Assembly: GCA_023382875.1 (NCBI GenBank)
Contig: JAHDXH010000002.1
Span: 69,724 to 133,723, forward strand
Reading direction: 5' to 3'
Length of the DNA stretch: 64,000 nucleotides
Source of the DNA: Patescibacteria group bacterium
GTDB taxonomy: Bacteria; Patescibacteriota; Microgenomatia; UBA1400; PJMF01
This document shows, in pieces, positions 45,300-53,725 of the stretch (the first letter of the stretch is position 1; each line of letters begins with the position of its first letter). The notes beneath the pieces are model-generated. The model made no database searches, was not told the DNA's origin, and saw nothing but the letters and a program-made list of their open reading frames with translations. The position numbers and the translations under genes were made by a program.

Positions 45300-47108
45300 A
45301 TGCGACTGGATAATTTTAAAATTGAAGAGCATCAAGACCGACTGGTAAAGCTGATCGGCTTGCTTTTGGTGGAAAAAAAGCTGACGCAGGAAAAATATTT
45401 GCAAGTCATTAAAAGAGTAACAAAAGAAGATGGACAGCAGTTTTCCAAAGATGAGTTGATTTTGGCTTATCCAAAACTGGCGGGAAAACATGGTTTGCCA
45501 GAGTTTGATCAAGCATTCATTAATAAGATTAAAATGAAGCCTGTCCGTACCCAATCGGGCGTGACGCCGGTCACAGTTTTAACCAAACCTTTCCCTTGTC
45601 CAGGTCAGTGTATTTTTTGTCCTTCTGATATCAGAATGCCTAAGAGTTATTTGAGTGATGAACCTGGAGCGCAGCGCGCAGAGAGAAACTGGTTTGATCC
45701 ATATCTGCAGGTCTACAATCGCTTGCAAGCTTTAACTAATATTGGCCATCACACTGATAAAGTTGAAATCATTATTTTGGGTGGGACTTGGTCTTATTAT
45801 CCAGAGGTTTACCAGATTTGGTTTATTAAGGAATGTTTTAGAGCACTCAATGAATTTGGTTTTTCCGATGGCCGATCGGAAGTTTTGGCAAAATATGATG
45901 ACTTGAAGCAAAGCGGCAAGTGGTCAAACGATCCTAAGGAAAATGCTCAGATTTCAGAAGATTTACTGATTGTGGGCGGGGAAAAAGAAAAATATAACCA
46001 AGTTATTTCTAACGCCTATTTGGAGCCAGAAAAGAAAGTTGGTTTGGATCAAGTGCAAACAGCAGAATGGTCAGATTTGGAGCGAGAGCAAGTGATTAAT
46101 GAAAATGCTAATTGTCGGTGTGTGGGGTTGGTGGTGGAAACGAGGCCTGACCATATTAGCGAAAAAGAAGTGACCAAAATTAGGAAACTTGGCTGTACTA
46201 AAACCCAAATCGGTGTGCAAAGTTTGAGTGATGATGTTTTGCAAAAAAACCATCGCGGCCACGCAGTAGCTGCTACAAGAAGAGCTTTTAAATTATTGAG
46301 ATTGGCTGGATTCAAGATTCACGCACACATGATGGCCAACTTGTATGGCTCAACTCCAGAGAGAGATATTGAAGATTTTAAATCACTATTTAGCGATCCA
46401 GATTTTAAACCAGATGAATTAAAGCTTTATCCTTGTAGTTTGATTGGCTCAGCGGAGCTGATGGCTTATTACAAGGATGGCCGTTGGAAACCATATAATC
46501 ACGAAGAACTGTTAAGTGTGGTTTCGGCTTCGATGGCAAATACTCCAGAGTACTGTCGTTTGACCAGAGTGATTCGCGATATTCCTTCACCAGATATTGT
46601 GGTGGGCAATAAGTTGACTAACTTTAGACAAATCGCTGAAAATAAAATGCAAGAGACTGGTGATATTAGTCACGATATTCGGGCTAGAGAAATTAAGAAT
46701 GCTGAATTTGATCCAGATAAAATCGAGCTTAAAATCGTCGATTACACTACTAGTGTTAGCAAGGAAAAGTTCTTGCAATATGTAGTCGATGTCGATGGAG
46801 TAGAAAAGATTTTGGGCTTTTTGCGTTTGAGTTTGCCAACAATTGAGCCTTATATTGAAGAATTAAAGGGTGGAGCCATGATTCGTGAAATTCACGTTTA
46901 TGGAGGGTTGGTGCAAATCGGCAAACAAGGCCATGCTAAAGCACAGCATTTGGGTTTGGGAACTAAGTTGATTAATCACGCTAGAAAAATTGCTAGCGAA
47001 GCTGGTTACAAAAAACTAAGTGTAATTAGTGCCATTGGTACCAAAGAATATTACAGGAAAAAAGGTTTTTCTGACGGCCAGCTATATCAGTATATGGATT
47101 TAGATTAA
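45300..47108 (+). CDS. elp3: Elp3-like radical SAM + GNAT acetyltransferase (tRNA uridine-34 modification enzyme homologue)
   Basis: Radical SAM CPGQCIFCP, with colinear Elp3 blocks: DPYLQVYNRLQALTNIGHHTDKVEIIILGGTW, VVETRPD, GCTKTQIGVQS, HRGHAVAATRRAF. C-terminal GNAT (HLGLGTKLINHARKIASEAGYKKLSVISAIGTKEYYRKKGF). An extended -10 TGGTAGAAT sits upstream. Confidence 0.85.
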   Translation: MRLDNFKIEEHQDRLVKLIGLLLVEKKLTQEKYLQVIKRVTKEDGQQFSKDELILAYPKLAGKHGLPEFDQAFINKIKMKPVRTQSGVTPVTVLTKPFPCPGQCIFCPSDIRMPKSYLSDEPGAQRAERNWFDPYLQVYNRLQALTNIGHHTDKVEIIILGGTWSYYPEVYQIWFIKECFRALNEFGFSDGRSEVLAKYDDLKQSGKWSNDPKENAQISEDLLIVGGEKEKYNQVISNAYLEPEKKVGLDQVQTAEWSDLEREQVINENANCRCVGLVVETRPDHISEKEVTKIRKLGCTKTQIGVQSLSDDVLQKNHRGHAVAATRRAFKLLRLAGFKIHAHMMANLYGSTPERDIEDFKSLFSDPDFKPDELKLYPCSLIGSAELMAYYKDGRWKPYNHEELLSVVSASMANTPEYCRLTRVIRDIPSPDIVVGNKLTNFRQIAENKMQETGDISHDIRAREIKNAEFDPDKIELKIVDYTTSVSKEKFLQYVVDVDGVEKILGFLRLSLPTIEPYIEELKGGAMIREIHVYGGLVQIGKQGHAKAQHLGLGTKLINHARKIASEAGYKKLSVISAIGTKEYYRKKGFSDGQLYQYMDLD

Positions 47109-47455
47109 ACTTCCTCAGCTTTTTCTGGACCATCCATTTCGAAGCGAGAGCGAGTGTATTCAATTTTTCTCTTCATTACTTCTTCAATGTCGATGTTAAG
47201 TTCAAGTCCAAGGAGGATGAGTGATCCCATCACGTCTGCAAATTCATCTTCAACATTTTGACGACTAAACTTGGCGATTTTGCTGTCGCGTTGGAGGTTC
47301 ATGCTGGTCAAGATTTCGTCTGATAGTTCACCCAACTCTTCCACAATTTTCATGGTCCGAGCAAAAACTTTATGGTCTTGGTCTTTGAGCGGCCATCGTG
47401 TGTTGAGGAAGTTGCTAATTTGTTGGTATTGATCAACTAAATTTTGAATAGTCAT
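47105..47455 (-). CDS. MazG-like nucleoside triphosphate pyrophosphohydrolase (all-alpha NTP-PPase)
   Basis: EELGELSDEI and EFADVMGSLILLG, the MazG EExxE/D motifs. 4-bp overlap with recQ. Confidence 0.7.
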   Translation of the reverse strand: MTIQNLVDQYQQISNFLNTRWPLKDQDHKVFARTMKIVEELGELSDEILTSMNLQRDSKIAKFSRQNVEDEFADVMGSLILLGLELNIDIEEVMKRKIEYTRSRFEMDGPEKAEEV

Positions 47456-48900
47456 ATGGTGTGTATTATATCATTGGCCAAGAGATTGGCTAAATTTTGG
47501 CCAACGCCAGCAATTTTTCTTAGTTGATTGGTGGATTTTGGTGACACAATAGCAGTCAAAACTATGACTTGGTCGGTAATTGGTGGAATGTTTTGCGAGT
47601 GAATCTGCTGGCGGCGCCAGTTTTTGAGTTTCTCAATTTTTGTTTTAAGCTCTGGTGAAAGCGTAATGGTTTTGGGTTGGCAAAGCTGGCATTTTTGACA
47701 GTGGATTTGTTCGTATGAGTCATAGGCTGAAAAGTAGCGGTTTAAGCTATCGTGAAGACAGTTTCTGGTAGTGAAAAGTTTTAGTAATTGCTTGGCTTTG
47801 AGTTGGCGAACTTTAGTTTGTGGGGTGTTGTTTTGACTGATCAATGACCACATGGTGAGCCAATCTTCGCGACGGTAAAGTAAGTAACAATTGGCAGGTT
47901 GTTGATCGCGTCCAGCTCGACCAATTTCTTGATAATAATTTTCGATAGAAGTAGATGGCCCATAGTGAATGACAAATCTAATATTGGGCTTATCAACTCC
48001 CATGCCAAAAGCAGTGGTGGCCACAATCAATGAGATTTTTCCACTTATAAAATCTACTTGAATCTGCGATCGTTGGTTTTTGTCTAATCCAGCGTGGTAG
48101 GCAGCGACTTTTATTTTTGGTAAATAATGAGCAATGAGCTGGGCAATATATTCGGTTTTTTCTCTTGTTGTGGCATAAATAATGCCATCTTCATGTTGGT
48201 GCTTGTTAAGCAGTAAAAATAAATTTATTTCTTGGGAAATTTGATTATGGTAGGAATAGAAAAATAAAGATAAATTTGGCCGGTAGGGTGAGTTGGTGAA
48301 AATTTTTGGCCCGTTGAGTTTCAGCTTGCGGCAAATTTCGATGCGTGTTTGGGGTGTGGCAGTGGCAGTTAGGGCAATTTTGACGGGCTGCTTTTTTAAG
48401 TTTTGCAAATTGGTAGCAATGTCTAAATATGGTGGCCTAAAATCATGTCCCCATTCACTAATGCAGTGAGCTTCGTCGATAGCGACTAAATCAATATTTA
48501 AACTTGCTGATATTTTTTGCCAGTCTCGGCTTATCAATCTTTCCGGCGTCAAATAAATAAATTTATAGCTGCTGATATTTTGCAAACGACTTTGTAGTTC
48601 TTTTTGGTTTAATGATGAACTTAAATAAGTAGCGCTAATATTTTTTCTTTCTAAAGCTTGAACTTGGTCTTCCATTAGTGACAAAAGCGGGGTGATGACC
48701 AAAGTTTGTCCGGTAAAAATTAAACCAGGAATTTGATAACAAAGTGATTTGCCGCCACCAGTGGGCAAGACTACTAAAGTATCGTGTCCTTCTAAAACTG
48801 ACTGAATTATTTCGGCTTGCGGTGATCTAAAACTGTTATAACCAAAATACTTTTTGAGGGTTTGGAGGGCAGTTTTTATAGGTGTGGAGTTGTCTGACAC
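47452..48900 (-). CDS. recQ: ATP-dependent DNA helicase RecQ (core, no HRDC)
   Basis: LVVLPTGGGKSLCYQIP Walker A, DEAH (AIDEAHCISEWGHDFRP), and a zinc-binding RQC region (CQKCQLC). Confidence 0.85.
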   Translation of the reverse strand: MSDNSTPIKTALQTLKKYFGYNSFRSPQAEIIQSVLEGHDTLVVLPTGGGKSLCYQIPGLIFTGQTLVITPLLSLMEDQVQALERKNISATYLSSSLNQKELQSRLQNISSYKFIYLTPERLISRDWQKISASLNIDLVAIDEAHCISEWGHDFRPPYLDIATNLQNLKKQPVKIALTATATPQTRIEICRKLKLNGPKIFTNSPYRPNLSLFFYSYHNQISQEINLFLLLNKHQHEDGIIYATTREKTEYIAQLIAHYLPKIKVAAYHAGLDKNQRSQIQVDFISGKISLIVATTAFGMGVDKPNIRFVIHYGPSTSIENYYQEIGRAGRDQQPANCYLLYRREDWLTMWSLISQNNTPQTKVRQLKAKQLLKLFTTRNCLHDSLNRYFSAYDSYEQIHCQKCQLCQPKTITLSPELKTKIEKLKNWRRQQIHSQNIPPITDQVIVLTAIVSPKSTNQLRKIAGVGQNLANLLANDIIHTI

Positions 48901-48925
48901 TCCGCTATTGTGTCGAAGAAATCTG

Positions 48926-50095
48926 TCAGGAAGCTGACTTTTTGAGGTATTTTTTGTCCTTTAATTTTTCTGGCAGCAAACTTTTGTTTGAATACATTTC
49001 GTAGCCTTTGCTGTAGCCAAGGCCTTTCATTAAATCGGTAGGAGCGTTTCTTAACTCCATGGGGATGGGTAAATTGCCTAATTTTTCTACATCGCGGAGA
49101 GCAGAGAAGTAAGCATCATAGGCAGAGCGGTCTTTATTACATTTGGCCAAATAGGCAGCGCCATGAGCGAGGTTGATTTGGGCTTCAGGATAACCAACTT
49201 TATGGACAGCATCAAAAACTGCATTGGCAACGACCAAGGCCGTGGGTTGTGCTAAGCCAATATCTTCACTGGCAAAAATGACCATTCTTCTAGCGATAAA
49301 CTTGGGGTCTTCGCCACCTGCCACCATTCTCGCTAAGTAATAAAGCGCACCATCAACATTACTAGCACGCATTGATTTGATGAAGGCAGAAATAGTGTCG
49401 TAGTGCTCTTCGCCTTTTTTGTCGTAGTTTAAGTGCGATGACTGGAGGGTGTCTTTGAGATGGGTAAGCTCTAAGTCGCCATACAAAATCAAAGTATTGT
49501 CGATGATGGTTAGAAGTTTTCTGGCATCACCATTGGAAAAGGTGACTAGCCAATCTTCTGCTTCTTTGGTGATTTTTTGTTTGGTGTTTTTGATGATTTG
49601 ACGAAGGTTATCCTCGCTCAATTTTTTGAGCACAAAGATTCTGGTTCGTGAGAGCAATGCTGAGATGACTTCAAAGCTGGGGTTTTCTGTTGTTGCACCG
49701 ATCAAAATCAAAGTACCATCTTCAACAAAAGGGAGTAAATAATCCTGCTGAGCTTTATTAAAGCGGTGAATTTCATCTAAAAATAAAATGGGAGGTAAGT
49801 AGGTCGCGGTCAATGATTGCTGACTAGCTTCGGCTTTTTGAACAATTTCTCGAATATCAGCCTTACCAGCAGAAACGGCTGAAAGTTCATAAAAATCCCT
49901 GTTATTTTCTCTCGCGATAATTTTGGCCAAGGTGGTTTTCCCAACCCCCGGTGGTCCCCAAAAAATCATCGAAAAAGCCTGCTTGTTTTCAATAACTCTT
50001 CGTAGTGGTTTGTCTGGTCCAACCAAGTGTTCTTGACCAATAAAGTCATCAAGGGTTTGGGGGCGAAGCTGGGCGGCAAGTGGTTGCATAAGCAA
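48926..50095 (-). CDS. rarA: replication-associated recombination protein A (RarA/MgsA AAA+ ATPase)
   Basis: FWGPPGVGKTTLAKIIA Walker A, LFLDEIHRFNKAQQD, and a MgsA C-terminal domain. Confidence 0.9.
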   Translation of the reverse strand: MLMQPLAAQLRPQTLDDFIGQEHLVGPDKPLRRVIENKQAFSMIFWGPPGVGKTTLAKIIARENNRDFYELSAVSAGKADIREIVQKAEASQQSLTATYLPPILFLDEIHRFNKAQQDYLLPFVEDGTLILIGATTENPSFEVISALLSRTRIFVLKKLSEDNLRQIIKNTKQKITKEAEDWLVTFSNGDARKLLTIIDNTLILYGDLELTHLKDTLQSSHLNYDKKGEEHYDTISAFIKSMRASNVDGALYYLARMVAGGEDPKFIARRMVIFASEDIGLAQPTALVVANAVFDAVHKVGYPEAQINLAHGAAYLAKCNKDRSAYDAYFSALRDVEKLGNLPIPMELRNAPTDLMKGLGYSKGYEMYSNKSLLPEKLKDKKYLKKSAS

Positions 50096-50154
50096 TCCTA
50101 ACTTAGCAAAGTTTTGGGTTTAGTTCTAGTGGTTGATTTGATACACTTGCCCTT

Positions 50155-50718
50155 ATGACAGAAGTAAAAGCTTGGAAATTAATAAGTAAAAAAGATGCTT
50201 CAGTAGGCAAGTGGTTTCCGCTTGAAGAACGAACCTACGAACTGCCTGATGGTCGAATTATTGATGATTTTACTGTCACCACTTTGTCCGACGTGTCGAT
50301 GGTAATTCCTTTCACTCCTGAGGGTAAAGTGATTATGTGTCATCAGTTCAAACCTGGCGCTGATGAATTAACTTATGAATTTCCAGGCGGCAGAATTGAA
50401 GATCGTCACGCTGATTTTGAAGCAGTGGCCAAGGCAGAGTTGGTTGAAGAAACTGGAATTGTTGCCGACCAAGTTTACTTTTTTGGTGAGACAGTGACTT
50501 TCCCAACCAAGGCTAGTGAAAGAGTTAAAAATTATTATGTTTTAAATGCGGTAGTGAGTCGTGAGCCAGAGTTTGATGAGACAGAAAATATCGAGTTGGT
50601 GTATTTCACACCTAGCGAAATTGATGAAAAGATTAAAGCGGGGGAAATTAATACAGCGCCATCATTGTCGGCTTGGTTGCAATTGAAATTAAAACACCCA
50701 GAGTTGCTACGCCAATAA
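50155..50718 (+). CDS. Nudix hydrolase (ADP-ribose pyrophosphatase-like)
   Basis: Nudix box GGRIEDRHADFEAVAKAELVEETGI. Confidence 0.8.
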   Translation: MTEVKAWKLISKKDASVGKWFPLEERTYELPDGRIIDDFTVTTLSDVSMVIPFTPEGKVIMCHQFKPGADELTYEFPGGRIEDRHADFEAVAKAELVEETGIVADQVYFFGETVTFPTKASERVKNYYVLNAVVSREPEFDETENIELVYFTPSEIDEKIKAGEINTAPSLSAWLQLKLKHPELLRQ

Positions 50719-50744
50719 AAGCGGTTGGACACGAATAGTGCTCT

Positions 50745-51707
50745 TTATTTTTTGAGAATTTGCCAAACCTTGTCTTTGAGTTCTTCAGTGATAGACAATT
50801 TGACCATGCCTTTATTGGGTTGGCCGTAATAAAGAATGGCAGAAAGTGGCAGGGTGAGAATTAAAGCGGCGGTAATCAAATCTTCTTCGCCTTCAACTAA
50901 AATGTGATTTTTTTCTGTCAAATCTAAACTAGAAAGCTTGGTGAAAACTTCACCTGAAATTGCACCAGCGGGGTTGGAGATTTCCAAAGTGGGCGTGATT
51001 TTGGCTAACAATTCGTGGACAAATGGTTCGCGCTGAGTTTTGCCATCATAAACACCAACCTGGTAAGTCCAGTCTTTAAGTAGGAATTGTGATAAAGCAT
51101 AATCACCAACGACAGCGACCAAATCCTTGGGTGAGTGGTTGGCCACGCTGACAATTGGTCCAAGTGGTTTGGAGAAAAATTGGCGCTGTTTGGGGTCGAT
51201 GGTTACACCTTCGGGAAAACCACCTGCAAAAAATTCACCATTTCTATTGACTTGTCCGGATCTAATTTTAGTTGAGTGAAGTGGAGTATTGGTTTCGTCA
51301 TTAAGCAGCGGCGCTAAATAAATCGGTAACGGTCTTAAGCCCATAGCCTCACGAATTTCATTGATTTTGTCAGCGCCTTTTTCTGTTTCTGTGGTGGCAC
51401 ACAAACTATCAATACCTTTGAAGTCTTTATCAATTGTGGGTCCGTAGGGATCAGTCAGTTCGACAATTTCGCAGTTAATGTTGTTTTGTCGGCAAAAGTT
51501 GAGAACGTGTTTTACTCTGATTTTGTAAGGTTGGATTGATTTAGCCGCTGCTTTGCCATTCACAAACTTATCTGCCATAACACCGATGAGAAGTTTTTCG
51601 CTAAAAGAATCAGCGTACTTCAAAAAACTTTCATGACCAATATGAAAATGGTCGAAAGTCCCGCCCATGGCCATTAAGTGAAAACGTTTTTTTAGTTTTG
51701 GCAACAT
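50745..51707 (-). CDS. fusion: archaeal-type phosphopantetheine adenylyltransferase (COG1019-like) + DUF359 domain (putative GTP-dependent dephospho-CoA kinase, archaeal type)
   Basis: N-terminus MAMGGTFDHFHIGH...TDPYGPT...PLHSTKIRSG has the cytidylyltransferase HxGH and archaeal PPAT pattern. C-terminal VVGDYALS...DGKTQREP...LVEGEEDLITAAL resembles the DUF359 consensus, from memory. Start moved to the internal M at 51707 so the gene does not overlap tRNA-Leu. The ORF track extends to 51821. Confidence 0.55.
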   Translation of the reverse strand: MLPKLKKRFHLMAMGGTFDHFHIGHESFLKYADSFSEKLLIGVMADKFVNGKAAAKSIQPYKIRVKHVLNFCRQNNINCEIVELTDPYGPTIDKDFKGIDSLCATTETEKGADKINEIREAMGLRPLPIYLAPLLNDETNTPLHSTKIRSGQVNRNGEFFAGGFPEGVTIDPKQRQFFSKPLGPIVSVANHSPKDLVAVVGDYALSQFLLKDWTYQVGVYDGKTQREPFVHELLAKITPTLEISNPAGAISGEVFTKLSSLDLTEKNHILVEGEEDLITAALILTLPLSAILYYGQPNKGMVKLSITEELKDKVWQILKK

Positions 51708-51740
51708 TACGATATTATACTTCCTTCTAGGCGAAATGAG

Positions 51741-51749
51741 GTGGTATAA
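51741..51749 (+). promoter_or_regulatory. extended -10 promoter TGGTATAAT, 13 nt upstream of tRNA-Leu
   Basis: Exact TGnTATAAT. The identical nonamer precedes tRNA-Gly at the same spacing. Confidence 0.5.
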
Positions 51750-51762
51750 TTGGAGTCTTATT

Positions 51763-51848
51763 CGCCGCGGTGGTGAAATGGTAGACACGCGAGACTTAAA
51801 ATCTCGTGATAGCAATATCATGCGGGTTCGAGTCCCGCCTGCGGCACC
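51763..51848 (+). tRNA. tRNA-Leu (anticodon TAA), CCA encoded
   Basis: Cloverleaf folds. 7-bp acceptor GCCGCGG/CTGCGGC with one G-T wobble. Anticodon loop CTTAAAA. Long variable arm. T-arm GCGGGTTCGAGTCCCGC. Confidence 0.9.
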
Positions 51849-51905
51849 AGTGAGAAGTTAGAGATTAAAAATTGAATTATAGCCAGCCAAATTTTTGGCA
51901 AAGAT

Positions 51906-51979
51906 CGGGGAATAGCTCAGATGGCTAGAGCGCGCGGTTTGGGACCGCGAGGCCGCAGGTTCGAGCCCTGTTTCCCCGA
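51906..51979 (+). tRNA. tRNA-Pro (anticodon TGG)
   Basis: Acceptor CGGGGAA/TTCCCCG, anticodon stem CGCGG/CCGCG with loop TTTGGGA, T-arm GCAGGTTCGAGCCCTGT. No encoded CCA. Confidence 0.9.
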
Positions 51980-51987
51980 CATAATAA

Positions 51988-52013
51988 AGAATCCAGCATT
52001 GCTGGATTTTTTA
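51988..52013 (+). terminator. intrinsic terminator after tRNA-Pro (stem ATCCAGC/GCTGGAT + T6)
   Basis: Hairpin at 51991-52007 followed by TTTTTT. Confidence 0.7.
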
Positions 52014-52117
52014 TTATCTTGGAGATAATTGTGAAAACCTTTGGTTCTGCCGGCGAGCGAGACTGGTGGCTTTGTTGCTTTGGAATCACGAAGCGCCCGC
52101 CTAATCCTTGGAAAGGG

Positions 52118-52139
52118 GAGCCCTGTTTCCCCGACATAA
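52118..52139 (+). repeat. direct repeat of tRNA-Pro(TGG) 3' end (GAGCCCTGTTTCCCCGACATAA), 155 bp downstream of the intact copy; att-like scar
   Basis: 22/22 nt identical to 51963-51984. Like the original, the copy is followed by its own hairpin and T-run. Confidence 0.8.
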
Positions 52140-52145
52140 AAAAAG

Positions 52146-52168
52146 ACAGCCTTAGGGCTGTTTTTTTA
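52146..52168 (+). terminator. second hairpin + T7 terminator following the tRNA 3' repeat
   Basis: ACAGCC-TTAG-GGCTGT followed by TTTTTTT. Confidence 0.6.
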
Positions 52169-52247
52169 TTTCTCTAGCAAAAACCTCCGCATTTGAGGGC
52201 GGAGGTTTGCTTGTGCATCAGAGCAGAGCGTGTTTGGAAATTTTTGA

Positions 52248-53030
52248 TTAAAGGTCAGGTTGTTCGGCACGGCAGTTGCGCCAGACCGGTCCCAGCGCCG
52301 CCAGACCTTCAAATTCCGTGTAGCTGGTTGAGTTGCCTACCCGAATTTGGACGGTGTAATGACCATCCATGCTGGCTTCCTGAGAAAGGGACTCACTGTT
52401 ACAGCCCAGATAGGTTGCCTGTAACATGAGGGTCGAGTGTGAGGTTTCGTATCCCGGGCCGGGAACCTCAAAAATTCTGGCAATTTTAGTGTTGCCATCA
52501 TAATTGCCCACAGCCACGTATCTATCACCCTCCCAGCGATTGCTGACGTACATGGTCGAAAATCCACCCGACTGCAACAATTCCAATTCGTCATTGGTAA
52601 TGTTGTAGGCATACAGCAGTGGATAATCGTCGGCAGTGCGAATGGCGGTAAAAACCATCCAGTCGCCCGAAATTGCGGCATTGGTGCAGACCACATCGCC
52701 TTGCTCACAGCGAGAGACGGTGTTGATTTCAAAGTCCGCATCGTCAAACTCCACCCAAGCGGCAATGCCGAGGGGGATGTTATTGCGAATGGGAACTTCG
52801 TCAACGATGATGAATGAAATATACATCCCATCAGCAGACCATGAGGGTGAAGTCGCGTTCTCTTCAAGGTCGCTGGTGACATTGAGGGTAGTTTGGCTTT
52901 GCGCTTCAACTGCCAAAATTTCACCGCTATCTTCTACGAGAAACCACGAGGGTCGAGTGTCACCGGCTTGCGCCAGTGACCCTCCAGCCAGCAGGCTGAA
53001 GAACAGGGTCAAAAAGAACAGGCGTTTCAT
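52248..53030 (-). CDS. secreted protein with PD40/TolB-like beta-propeller repeats; high-GC (~52%) island gene
   Basis: Signal peptide MKRLFFLTLFFSLLAGGSLAQA. Repeated SPSWSADGMYISF, ISGDWMVFTA and VAVGNYDGNTKIA motifs resemble PD40 blades. GC is clearly above the roughly 40% flanks. Confidence 0.45.
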   Translation of the reverse strand: MKRLFFLTLFFSLLAGGSLAQAGDTRPSWFLVEDSGEILAVEAQSQTTLNVTSDLEENATSPSWSADGMYISFIIVDEVPIRNNIPLGIAAWVEFDDADFEINTVSRCEQGDVVCTNAAISGDWMVFTAIRTADDYPLLYAYNITNDELELLQSGGFSTMYVSNRWEGDRYVAVGNYDGNTKIARIFEVPGPGYETSHSTLMLQATYLGCNSESLSQEASMDGHYTVQIRVGNSTSYTEFEGLAALGPVWRNCRAEQPDL

Positions 53031-53262
53031 AGCTTTAGGTCTCCTTGCTTAACCAATTAGCTCTACCGAATCTTTAAGTTCGGACTAATAAAAACACCAA
53101 AAAATGTTCTTATTAGTCCAAACTAAGTTATCGGCTCTGATGTTAATGTGCCTGCGAACATAAAGTTTCGCAGACCCTAACTATAACAGAAAAAAGACTA
53201 AATGTAAAGTTATAGGACGTATAATATCTGAACTTTTAAATAAATTGACTGGTAGATTTTCC

Positions 53263-53290
53263 TTGACTCATGGCAGTTTTATCCTATAAT
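53263..53290 (+). promoter_or_regulatory. near-consensus sigma70-type promoter TTGACT-16 nt-TATAAT driving the 53324 gene
   Basis: TTGACT at 53263-53268 and TATAAT at 53285-53290, with a second TTGACT at 53245-53250. Confidence 0.5.
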
Positions 53291-53323
53291 TACCTGTCCG
53301 CAAAATAGCAGAGGAGTAAGCTC

Positions 53324-53683
53324 TTGGAAATAAAAGGTACGATTGCGTTAATCGTTGACCCTCAGGATTCTTTGTTCTGGGGTGGCTGGATGGAGCATTT
53401 GCGCGAAGATGGTTGGGAAATCGCCATGTTCAAGCACCCGTCATGGATTCAGCCTGATTCAACCTCGCCGTTGCCCGAAGGGGTGATGGAAGCTAACGTG
53501 CTGATGGTGTATGGTCTGGGTGTGCAAGATTGGTGGGTTGAGGCGCTAACTGCTGCCAATAAGCCAACCGTCTATATCACTTCCATTGGTACGCCGAACC
53601 TGAAGCTCGATAAGCTGGCAGTGGTCGATGGCTTCTTCCGCTATGAGGAACTGTTGGCGGCAGTGGAGAAAGTTGCCGCCTAA
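53324..53683 (+). CDS. hypothetical protein (119 aa), high GC (~52%), no recognisable motifs
   Basis: ORF preceded by a strong promoter and followed by a bidirectional terminator. The IALIVDP N-terminus hints at a flavodoxin/receiver-like fold, but the diagnostic residues are not evident. Confidence 0.4.
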   Translation: MEIKGTIALIVDPQDSLFWGGWMEHLREDGWEIAMFKHPSWIQPDSTSPLPEGVMEANVLMVYGLGVQDWWVEALTAANKPTVYITSIGTPNLKLDKLAVVDGFFRYEELLAAVEKVAA

Positions 53684-53696
53684 CAATCACAGAAAA

Positions 53697-53725
53697 ACGA
53701 CAGGGTTCAAAGCCTGTCGTTTTTG
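53697..53725. terminator. bidirectional intrinsic terminator (stem ACGACAGG/CCTGTCGT) between convergent 53324 gene and eamA
   Basis: 8-bp stem with an 8-nt loop. T-run on the plus strand and an A-run on the 5' side that gives a U-run for the minus strand. Confidence 0.7.

Noticed and set aside
45204-45554. 116-aa minus-strand ORF overlapping the elp3 5' end
   Set aside because: Overlaps the well-supported elp3 N-terminus on the opposite strand and has no motifs.
52014-52117. Possible small ncRNA between the tRNA-Pro terminator and the tRNA 3' repeat (locally GC-rich, 100 nt)
   Set aside because: No convincing conserved structure or promoter. More parsimonious as filler or remnant between the att-like copies.
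51925-52137. 70-aa minus-strand ORF
   Set aside because: Overlaps tRNA-Pro(TGG), its terminator and the tRNA 3' repeat; an artefact of the GC-rich tRNA sequence.
52337-53052. Alternative-frame ORFs in the GC-rich island (52193-52429 +, 52337-52924 -, 52636-53052 +)
   Set aside because: High GC inflates ORF lengths in all frames. The 52248-53030 minus frame was preferred because it has a signal peptide and repeated PD40-like motifs.
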